Position numbers and translations under genes: made by a program | In this document: in pieces, positions 1 through 11,500 of the stretch | How positions within the stretch are numbered: position 1 is the stretch's first letter | How the letters are laid out: each line of letters opens with the position of its first letter | DNA from: Piromyces finnis finn | Lineage: Eukaryota > Fungi > Neocallimastigomycota | Assembly (NCBI GenBank): GCA_002104945.1 | Contig: MCFH01000002.1 | Coordinates: 992,001-1,056,000, forward strand | Reading direction: 5' to 3' | Length of the DNA stretch: 64,000 nucleotides | Notes under the pieces: generated by a model | The model's input: the letters and a program-made list of their open reading frames with translations, nothing else | Told to the model about the DNA's origin: nothing | Databases searched by the model: none

Positions 1-287
1 AATTTATGTTGTACCAAAAAATACAATGATCATAATTTAATTAAATATTAGATTAATGTATACATTATTATGTATTACAAAATCTTTCTATCCTAATCGT
101 AGGTGAAAGCAATTTCAAAACTATTTATATTTTTTAAAGTAATTAATAATACTATCTATATTAATGAAATAGTCTATATCATGACATAAAAGCATATATA
201 ATATATTAAAACGAGTTATTGTTAATAGAATTTATTTGAATATAATGATTATATATAATAAAATCATTTTGTGGATTATAAATAATG

Positions 288-345
288 TTAGAAAAAAAAA
301 AAGATAAAACTATATGTCATATAGTTTTATCTTTTTTTTTTCTAA
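288..345. repeat. Near-perfect palindrome (hairpin/cruciform-capable)
   Basis: 293-316 (A10 GATAAAACTATATG) is the exact reverse complement of 318-341 around a single central T at 317. TTAG (288-291) and CTAA (342-345) extend it after a 1-nt bulge. Confidence 0.85.
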
Positions 346-648
346 GTATATTTTATAAGATATATTTTGTATTTAACTTGTTATTTTCTGATTAATTCAT
401 ATCAATGTTTTAATGAATATGTGTGTGCTAATATTAAAATAAACTACACATATATTCTAATAATAATATTAAGATTATAAAATAATATCAATGATTTTGT
501 ATTTAAGTAATTGTATAAATAATTTCCTTTTTTACTTAAAATTAAATAATATAGTTTATAACAAAATTTAAAAATATTAATTAATTATTGCTTTTTAATT
601 CCATATTAAATAAAATGACTATTACTATATTTTACTTGGTATTTTAAA

Positions 649-791
649 GAATTAATATTTATCCTAGATTTTAGCCTGTTTTTTTACATTTTTTGAAATT
701 TTCCTGGCTAAAGTTCTTACTAAGGTTAAATTTCTTCTGGCTAAAAAATCTGGCTAAAATCTTCAAAAAAATCTAGGATAAATATTAATTC
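649..791. mobile_element. MITE-like non-autonomous element with 24-bp terminal inverted repeats
   Basis: GAATTAATATTTATCCTAGATTTT (649-672) and its exact reverse complement AAAATCTAGGATAAATATTAATTC (768-791). The interior has one TTAGCC on the left and three CTGGCTAAA copies (~704, 737, 750). No coding capacity and no clear target-site duplication. Confidence 0.55.
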
Positions 792-1129
792 ATAGAAAGT
801 ATAAAAATCTAATTTTTTAACCAGTGTAACATACTAACAATTGATTTTTATCTAAAATTTATATTTGAATTATAAATTAAAAAAAATTATAATTTAATAC
901 TAAAAAGGAAACATATACTCTGAATAAAATGGTCATTGTAAATGTGTAATAACCAATTTAGTTCCAATTTTTTGAAACACCAACCAATAATATGACTGCA
1001 TTCATATATTTTATTTTAGAATATAGTTTTATAAATAGAAAGAATAATTCATTTTTTATGTTTTTATTTATTTATTTAATTAAATACTTATAAATATATT
1101 ATTTTAGGTAATACTGATAATAAAAAAAA

Positions 1130-2542
1130 ATGAATAATATTAAAAATTTGTCCAGTAAGCCAGAAAGATATAAGAGTAATAATGAAAATCTATTCTCTAA
1201 CGAAACTATTTTAACTGGAGAAGATTTTGAAATCAGTGAATCATCGATAAATCAAAAGGGTACATTAATTGAGAAAGGTTCTGGAATCAATAAACCAATG
1301 ATGAACCAAACAAATACATTAACAGAAGAAAAACATGATACTGAAGAAACTTTAAAACCGTTGATGAGCCAAACAAATACATTAACTGAAGAAAAACATG
1401 ATACAGAAGAAACTTTAAATTTAAAAAATCTAATAATTGAAGAAGAAATAGAAGATGTAAAGACCGAAACTGAAAGTTTTACCCAGGATTTAACTAGAGG
1501 AGAAAATTCAGATGATGAAAAAGATATAAAACAATGTAGTAAGGACACAAAAATTTTATGTAATGATCAAATAGACAAAAAAGAAATACAAGATGAAATA
1601 ATATATATTAAGGAAAACGAAGAAAATAAAGAACTACAAAATACTACTGTGTATATATCTTTATCTTGTTTAAAACTGAATAGATTAAATCGTGAAAATA
1701 TAGAATTTGTTTCAGAGACAAATAACAAAGTAATTGAAATTTTGAATGATGAAATTGTTAAAGTAGTATCCGGAAATAATGAATATAATAATAATAAAAA
1801 CATTTTATCTATTGAAAATGAATTCAAATATTTATATAATAAAGATAAAATATTATTATATATTTTAAATTTAAATTTAGAAAAAGATGAAGAAAGATTC
1901 AAAATTAAAGTTACATGTAATAATGAAAAAATTATTTCAAAATATAGTTTTTGTATTAAAAAATATCAACAACTTTTTATTTTTTCACCTTCTTTTAAGT
2001 TAATTAATAATAATGGTCATATAATTAAGAATAGAGAAAAAATTAAAAAATATATTTGTTCAAGGAATAATAAAAACATTGTATTTGATTTATTAAATGA
2101 AAAATATTTCTTGACAGATTTACAAAAATTTATTTTCTATAAATGTTATTTGACAAAAAATAATATAGATTATTTGTTAATTGATCTGTTAGAACAAACT
2201 AAAAAAATATTTAATAAATCAAAAAATTTATATTTAATTTTTATGTTGGAATTTATTATCGCATTAATTCAAAAAGAAGAAAACTTTGATAATCTATCTG
2301 AAAATATAAGATTAACGTTTGAAAATATTTTTATTGATTATGTAGAGAAAAAGGAAATTAAACTGCCTAAGAGATATGATAAAAATATGAAAAAGTATGA
2401 TACTGTAGTAAAAATTATTGAAAATTATAATATTTCCACTTTCAATGAAAAATCAATCATAGGATATTATCTTTTTCTATTAACATACTATCAATTTACT
2501 AAACAAGATAAATTTAATGAAATTTTTAATAAAATTCCATAA
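1130..2542 (+). CDS. N-terminal segment of the RNF213-like gene (470 aa ORF ending at a single in-frame TAA)
   Basis: Same frame as the 2573-15184 ORF. After TAA 2540-2542 the frame continues open (AAT TCT AAA TTA TCC ATC ATA AAA TAT ATT TTG...). Composition matches the downstream ORF, which lacks its own ATG (starts at TTG). Confidence 0.65.
   Translation: MNNIKNLSSKPERYKSNNENLFSNETILTGEDFEISESSINQKGTLIEKGSGINKPMMNQTNTLTEEKHDTEETLKPLMSQTNTLTEEKHDTEETLNLKNLIIEEEIEDVKTETESFTQDLTRGENSDDEKDIKQCSKDTKILCNDQIDKKEIQDEIIYIKENEENKELQNTTVYISLSCLKLNRLNRENIEFVSETNNKVIEILNDEIVKVVSGNNEYNNNKNILSIENEFKYLYNKDKILLYILNLNLEKDEERFKIKVTCNNEKIISKYSFCIKKYQQLFIFSPSFKLINNNGHIIKNREKIKKYICSRNNKNIVFDLLNEKYFLTDLQKFIFYKCYLTKNNIDYLLIDLLEQTKKIFNKSKNLYLIFMLEFIIALIQKEENFDNLSENIRLTFENIFIDYVEKKEIKLPKRYDKNMKKYDTVVKIIENYNISTFNEKSIIGYYLFLLTYYQFTKQDKFNEIFNKIP
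1292..1419 (+). repeat. 63-bp in-frame tandem duplication (2 copies)
   Basis: KP(M/L)M(N/S)QTNTLTEEKHDTEETL occurs twice; the ATG of the M(N/S)Q unit is at 1301 and 1364. Confidence 0.9.
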
Positions 2543-2572
2543 AATTCTAAATTATCCATCATAAAATATATT

Positions 2573-5500
2573 TTGAAAAAGAAAGATATTTTTAACTATT
2601 TAAAATCAGATAATTTACAATTGATATTTGAAAGAACGGATAGAACAAAAATTTCCTTCAATAACATATTAAACCTTGTATCTGATTATAATGAATATTT
2701 GAAATTATTTATTAATAACGAAGAATATATTATGAAACAAACACCAACAATAAACTATAAATATATTCCTTCACCCGATAGCTTCATTGATATTGAGTTA
2801 TTCATTAGATATTTTAAAATAATAGTAAAATTAGAAATAAATGAAGTGGATTTTAATTTTATAAAAGAAAAAATCAACATAATAATTGATATACTAAAAA
2901 ATAAAGATTATGAAAAATTAATTATATTAAAAAAATTATTTAATAATTGTGAAAATATTCCAAATAAAGTTAGAAAGTCGCTAATTGATAAAATCAACTA
3001 TTCCATACATATTACTGGAAAAGAGTTTATTCTAGAAAATAAATTAAACAATAATGATATTATAAACTTTATTATAATGGATGCACCTATATATTCAAAA
3101 GACTACAAGAATAACAAGGTGTATGCTTCTCTTATAAAATTTGTTGATATTAATAATATCGATGAAGAATTTTGTAAGAAATTTAATGATAATTCAAAGA
3201 TTTCATCATACGAAAAGATATTTGGTAAAGAAAATTATAATATTTTTCTTGATTCGTTAATTAATAATGTTAAAAGTTTTAGACATATAAATATCCTTTT
3301 TGGACTTTTCAATATGAAAGATGAACAAAATTCTAATAAGGTAGACATAGATATTATAAAAAAAATAATTAATTTAATTTCCAAAAAGGATTTAGAAAAG
3401 GATGAGATAAGTCTATCGGAATTAAAGTCAACAATATTTTTATTATATAAATTAACTTCTAAATGCAATGATAACAATTTAATTAATCAATTAATTAGAG
3501 GAACAAAAAATACCTTTAATAACAAAAATGAAATTAATGATATTTTTATATTTATTTTAAATAAATATGAGATATTAAATAGACAATTAGTTGGTAAACT
3601 GATAGAAAATATAACAGATTTTTCGAATATTGATAAGATATTTGATATTATAGATTATTTAGATAATAAAGAAATAAAATTAAAATTTATTGAAACACTA
3701 AGACATAGTATTGTAAATGAAAATGACTTTTTTGGTTTACATTTCTCGAATAATTTAAATATACTTAACCATTTAATTAAAAGAAATTATTTCAAATATA
3801 ATGATAGAAAATTTAAAAAATTGTATTATGTTAAAAGAACATATGAAATTGTTAATAACACTATCAAAAAATTAAATGATCATCAATATAAAATGGATCA
3901 AGTTAAAATAATGAAACAATTATATCAAACAAAAGTTGAAAATGAACATGGAAATAGTCTTAAAGAAAGGTTTTCTATTTTATCACTAGGTAATATTGAT
4001 ATTAATAAGACATACCAATCAACAATAGAAAAAATTAATAGTTGCTTAGAGATTTTAAATAAAATAGAAAAAATAATATCTGTTTTTAGAAACTATTATC
4101 CAAATGATAGGGGGAAAATTATAGTAACGTATGAAGGGATCAGAGAAGAAGTCATTAAAAATCCAATTCACAACTTTCCAACATTAGGAAAGTTACTTAA
4201 TTTTGAAATATTTTATACTGAAGCGCTTGAAATATCCAAGTTAATGGAATCTAAATTTTTCATTGGAATATATCAATATGAAAAGGATTCTAATTATGAA
4301 ATTTTATGTAATAATAAAGAAAAAGATAAAATTTTATTAGATCTTTCAAAAAATAGATTTAATATGTTGAAAAACATGTTCGTCGGGAAAGAAGATGAAA
4401 TAAATTTATCTTTCTTAAAAGAAATTATTTCACCAATAGCTCATAATGAAATGAAAAAAGAATTCAATTATTTGAAAAAAATATTTAATATTGATAATAA
4501 TAAAAATTCTAAAATTATATATAATAAAATAATGTTATTGAAAAATAGAGAAAAAAACATTAAAACAATTAATAATTTAATTGCCTTATTGAATCTTTTT
4601 CAATTAAATAGTAATATAATTATTAATAAACTTAATGATTATAATAAAAATATTATGAATAGCAAAACTCTAAATGATCTTTTTATTTTTGATGAAAAAA
4701 TTAAAAATTTGAAATTAGAAGTATTAAATATGAAATATACAAAAGTAATAAATAATATGTTTGAAAAGCCAGAATTAATTAATTTCATTAATAAAAATAG
4801 CACAAGTGATATTCAAATGATGGGCGAATTTATTGATGAAACAGAACATATTTTTATAACACAGTCAGATATTGATATATTGGAAGCATGTAAGGCTTTT
4901 ATAGATGAATTAAGAAATAAAAGTCTGAACTTGAATGAAAACGAATTTTTTATTGTATTTATGAATCACATAAATAATAATGAGAACTACAGTAATATTC
5001 ATGAAAAATTCCGTAATTCATATGAAAAACTAAACCATTTTTATGAACTCAATAATATATATTTAAATCCAAATGAATTAAATAAAATGCATATTAAAAA
5101 TATATATAAGAAAAGTAAATTTTATATAATTTATGATGACAAGGATGCTGAATACAAATGTACCGTTTCTTATCTCAATAATAATGATAAAGAAATAGAA
5201 AAAAATTTTGATGAAATAATGGAATTACGAGTGGTAGCATTATTAAGAAAAAAAGATCAAAAGGATAATGAATACTTTAAAATATGCTACAATTTTGCAA
5301 ATATTATCAACAATATTAAAGATATTTTAGGTTTATTAAATATTATATCAATAAAAGGATATTATGAAAGTATTAAATATGAAATAAATCTTGAAAATGG
5401 AAATGTTATTGGTTATAAAATTAGATCAAATTCAATACATAATAATTATGAAGACCAAGGAAAGGATTTAGAAGGTGTTCTAAAAGAATTACACTATATC

Positions 5501-8500
5501 AGTGATTGTCAAAATAAAGAATATATGTCAATATACTCAGATAAGCCATTTATTAGAATGATACATGGAAGACTCTTTAGTAAAATATATAATTTAATGT
5601 ATACATTAAATAAAAATTCAGAGAATGATTTAAATCCCAATTTAATTATTTCAAATGAATTGTATAATATTATAAAGTATATAATATTTAATATTTTAGA
5701 TAAAAATGAAAACATGAATATCGATAAATTAAAACTTTTGAAAATATTAATGGATGCTAGAATCGATGTTGAGTTTAATGCTGAAAATCAACTGAAGCAA
5801 ATGTTATTAGATATTAATCACTATATATACAAAATTCATAAAAATTATAATATTGGTATTGATAATATATATCAAAAATCTAAAATATTAAATAATAAAA
5901 ATAAAAAAGGTATTTATTGTCTTTTTTGTGAATTAGAAAATATTGAGAAAAATATAATATACTATTCTATAGATTTAACAAATAAACTTCCATTGGCGCA
6001 ATGTGTTTTATATTGTAATAACGAAACATCTGAAGGAGAAATAACATCTTTTATATATAATAGTGTTAAATGCAACCAAAACGCCTTATTTATTTTAATA
6101 AAACCAGAATATTTAAATATTAATCAAAAGAATGTATTAATTGAATTACTTAAGGATCTCTATGCTTCTTCGCCACAAAATATGGAATCCGTTTTACTTA
6201 TTATTTATTCAGACCAAGGGAAAACAAAGGAAATTATAATAGAAATTGAGAAATTACCATATATACAGCATTTAGTAAATGATAATGAAAATGAAAAGGA
6301 AGATGAAATTAAAAATAAAAGTAATAATAGTAATAATGGTAATAATATTATGAATGGTATTAAAAATAAATATACCAATGATAGTGATAATATACAAGAT
6401 AAAATGAATGATATTATAAAGGAAGTAGAAAACCATCTAGATATTGAAGTTTATTGTAGTGAATCTACTGGTCTAGGAAAATCATCATTAATAAAAAGTT
6501 TATTTGAAAAAGAATATCCTGATTATATTTATATTTATTTCAGAATTGGCGATGATTTTGATAAACAAAAAATCATTAAAAGATTATTAGAGTTTACCGG
6601 TAAAAAAATTGCATTGCATTTAGATATATATCCATCTAATCATATTGACCAAATGAATGAATTTTTATTTTCATTCTTAATTTTAAGATTTTACAATCAA
6701 AATGATAATATATTTTATTATGGAGATGAAATGAAAATTAAGATTGAAATTCAAAATCACTTCATTGACCTAAAAATTGTATTTCCTATATTAACGGTTT
6801 TCAAAAATGTTCATTTAGATCATAATAATAAACCATTATTAAATATTTCAAAAAATATTAATTCAGATATTCAAATCGTTTGTAATTTTTTGAAAAACAT
6901 AAAAGAAATTTCTCAAAAGAATATATATGAAATAATTCAACCATTAGATGATAGAACATGTAGAGATTTAATCAGGGAATATTTAGAAGTCCCAAATCCT
7001 AACTTTTATCAAATAGAATCTTATATCAAAATTATTGCTGAACAACTAAAACTATTTTCTAATTCAGTTTATTTAAGTATTGAATTACTAAGAGAATATG
7101 ATATGTTATATTTAAGATCTTTCTTTGTAAATGCATTGGCTACAGCCACAAAATACTTCATTACGTCTTCATATGAGCATATTTACAAAGGACAAAATAT
7201 AACTTATAATCAACAAAAAGAAAAAGTTGATTTAGAAAAAGCAAATAAAGAAGCAATAAATGCTTTATCTAAAGTGAAACCATTTTCATTTAAAAAAATC
7301 AAACCAAGTTTAATTTTAATTAATGAAGATGAACAATCACTTTCTATGATTATGACATGTAAGAAAAATACTAATGAATATAAATCTATAAATAATTTTG
7401 TAAAATTAGGATCATACTCTGAAGTATTGAATTATAATAAATTAACAACGAAAGATTTCTTAATTGAAATTAAAAAAGTTTTTAATTTATATAATTATAT
7501 TGAAGAAAACGACGGTACGGGTTCAATGGAAAAGGATGGAAAAAAATTGGAACCTTTATGTAATATTGTAAAGTCATACGTATTTACTGCTGACAACTTT
7601 ACAAAATTAATATTTATTTCGCAAAAATTAAGAAACAATATTCCAGTAATATTAATGGGTGAAACAGGATGCGGCAAAACATCATTAATAAGAATTATTG
7701 CAAAATTAAAAGGTATCACTATGTATATATTAAATATTCATGCAGGTACAGAAGAAAATGATATTATTGAATTTATTAATGATAAGGATTTATTAATAGA
7801 TTTAAATAATGAAAATAGTATAAATGAACCTATATGGGTATTTTTAGATGAAATAAATACATGTAATTTATTAGGTTTAATTTCTGAATTAATTTTGAAA
7901 CATTCCTGTAATGGTAAAAAAATAAAAAAAGAAGTGGTATTTATTGCTGCTTGTAATCCTTATAGATTAAATTCAAGTAAAAGGGAAATTGTTGGATTGT
8001 ATGATGAAAATAAAAATGTTGTAAGACAATTAGTATATAATGTTAATCCATTACCTCCTTCTCTTCTTCATTATGTAATTGATTTTAGTACACCCAGCAA
8101 AGATGATATTAGAAAATATATTTCAACTATGATTAATGAAATACTTCAAAAATTAAATTTAAAAAATTATATTTATGAAAAAATTAAAGTTATTGCCGAA
8201 GCTGCTATTTATAATGCTAATGAATTCATTAAAAATAACTATGATATTTCATCTGTAAGTTTAAGAGAAATAAGAAGGTGGGGAATTTTATTTAAATGGT
8301 TTAGTAATATTTTATTGGAGAATTCATATTTAAAAAGTAAAATAAAATTTAATGAGGAGCAAAAATACCTTTATTCTTTAAATTTAAGTATATATTTTAG
8401 TTACTATGCTAGAATATTCAACAAGGAAAAAAGAAAACTCTTCCATGATGAAATGAAAAAATCATTTGAAGAAAATTTTGATTTTGATGAATTTCCCAAA

Positions 8501-11500
8501 AGAATTCAATTATTAATTGCTAATGCTGTAGATTTAGAAAAAGGTATTGCAAAAAATAAGGCATTACTTGAAAATTTGTTTGCTATTTTTGTATGCTTAA
8601 ATACAAAAATCCCATTATTTATTATTGGTAAACCGGGTTGTAGTAAATCATTAAGTACCCAATTAATATTTAATTCTATGAGAGGACAGGAATCCTCTCA
8701 TGAATTTTTCAAAGGTTTTCCAAAAGTTTACACTAAATCTTATCAAGGTTCACCTACTAGTACTTCTAAAGGTATATTAAATATATTTAAAAAGGCAAGA
8801 GATTCTCTAAAAAACAAATCAAAAGATATAATTTCTGCTATATATTTTGATGAAATGGGTCTCGCTGAAAATTCAGAAAACAATCCATTAAAGGTTCTTC
8901 ACTCTCAATTAGAATATGATGATAATGAAAAGAAAGTTGCGTTCATTGGTATATCAAATTGGCCATTTGATGCTTCAAAAATGAATAGAGGAATTCATCT
9001 TTCAATACCTGAACCAGATAATGAAGATTTAACTGAAACAGCCTTATCTATAGCCGAATCTTACGATCCAAAATTAATATTAGACTATTCGGAATATTTT
9101 AAATATTTGTCTTATACATATTATAATTACAAAAATCTATTAAAAGAAGATCCATCTAAATTTGAAAACACAAATCCTGCCGATCAAAAAATTGAATCAT
9201 CTAAGAATAATATTAAAGAATTTCATGGAACGAGAGATTTCTATCATTTAATCAAAATTGCATCAAGATTATTAATAGAAAGTGATTTCACAAAAGATAC
9301 CCAAGAAATTGAAAGCATTTTAAATGAAAGTATTGAAAGAAATTTTGGAGGTTTAGATAATTCTGTTAAGATTTTTAAAACTTTATTAAAAGATTATTAC
9401 AGTAGTATTCAAGAACCTAAAGAATACAATGTAATGAAATGTATTATTAATAATATTCAAGATAATAATAGCAGATATCTTCTCATTGAAACTAAAAATT
9501 CTATTAATCAACTATTAATTACACTATTTCTTAATAAATTAGGAAAAAATTATGAATTTTATTATGGAAGTAAATTTGAAGAAGATGTAACTCAAGGATA
9601 TTACAGTGCAAAAGTATTGCATAAAGTTCAAGTAACAATGGAACAAGATTGTGCCATGATATTGATGTATTTAACAAGTATGTATCCATCTTTATATGAT
9701 TTATTTAATCAAAATTTCAGAAAAGAAGGTGACAGGTATGCACGAATCGCATTAGGAAACGCTAATTCACAGAACTATAAAGTACACAATAATTTTAGAT
9801 GCATTGTTCTTTTAAATCGTGATGAAATAAATGAGCAAGATCCTCCATTTATCAATAGATTTGAAAAACATATTATTATAACAGAAGATTTATTAAATGA
9901 AAAGCAAATTGATTTTTCTAAACAAATCTATTCTATATTTTCAGAATTGATTGAAGAAAATAACGAATCGGGATATCATATACAGATTAATTTTGATTTA
10001 GAAGAAATTCAAGCCATCGTTTTCCAAATTTTAATTAATAATTCAAAGCCAATAATAAAAAGAGAAAATCAATTAAATATTGAGTTAAATAACGAAGACA
10101 CTAATGTTGACGATGATATATTCGAAAAAAGTAGTAATAACAATAAAGTAATTTTAAAACTGGAAGATTTAAATAATTATGATATACTAAAAAAGAAAGT
10201 TTATAATAAAATTGTTCCTACATTATCACAGGATGTATTATTCTACTTTAAAAATTCAAATTCTGGAAGACTTAATAGAAGCGAATTTCAGACTATCTTA
10301 AATATTTATTCATCAGAAGAAAGTCAACATCAAAATATTAAGAACTACTTAAAGAATATGACTTCTAATAGACACATAATATTAACATATTCAAATATTT
10401 TAGTACCAATTTTTGAAAATGATAATGATAATGGAGGAATAACAAATAAAAAATATGGCATTTTCAATAAAAGCTCAACATTAAATGAATTTATTAGTCG
10501 TTACAATTCTGAAAGAGATATAGAAGATATAATTACTAATTATTTCACTAATGATAATTATAATTTATGTATATATCATTTCAATCAAGAAGATTGTATT
10601 CATTTAAATCATGTTAAATATTTAATAGAAAATTATGGAAATTCAATGGATAATTTAAATGAAAATAAAAACATTAAAAAATCTATAATCTTTATTATTC
10701 ATTTAAAAAGAGTAATTGATAATGAAGAGAATAAAATAAACGGTGATAATTCTAATTTAATTAGTAAGGAACACTTTATATCTCGTTTATCGGAGTGGAA
10801 ACAATTCTTTATTGATAATTTAAATGGAAAAGAAATTGATACTAGAAAAGTTTTAAATTCCACAAATTTTGAATTATTCCAAAATGAAGAATTATTTAAT
10901 ATTGATAATGAATTAGCTAATTCATTATATAATTCATTCTCTTATATTAAATATAATTATCAAATTAATTTAAGTAAAATTGAAATCAATAATCATATTA
11001 GTGAACTCTGTAAATATATCTTAAATAATAATAATTTAAAAGAAAAAATAATTAATTCGATTTACAAAAAAATTAAAAGTTATAAAGAAAATATTATTAT
11101 TTCTATATTCGAGAAATATAACTTTGAAGAAACTGATATTGACTTTATATCAATTATTATAAAATATATGAAAAGCATTTTTAAAGATAGTTTAATTAGT
11201 ACATTAATTCAATTTGAACAAAACCACATTATTTCTTCTAAAGCATCTAATTTATATGAAAATGAAATTGAATATTTTGAAACTATTTATGATAAAAAAA
11301 TTAATAGTTTTGATTCAACATTACAAAAATATTCGGGATTTTCAAGACAACAAATTAATATATATTTAGGTATTTCTTTTCCATTTATTATTCCAAAATT
11401 AAAAAATATACAAAAATACATTAAAAATAATATAATTAAAGATTATATTAAAAATGAAATTGACTATGATCCAATTAATATAGAAAAGTATAAAAATAAA

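Noticed and set aside
2540-2542. Ciliate-type genetic code (TAA=Gln) as the explanation for the in-frame stop
   Set aside because: There is only one in-frame TAA in over 4,600 codons, Gln is encoded by CAA throughout, and neighbouring genes end in TAA.
7600-9300. Midasin or dynein heavy chain call for the AAA protein
   Set aside because: The motif strings (AACNPYR, GISNW.D..KMNR, LAE.S..NPLK.LH) and the RZ finger are RNF213-type; no MIDAS domain or dynein stalk is seen.
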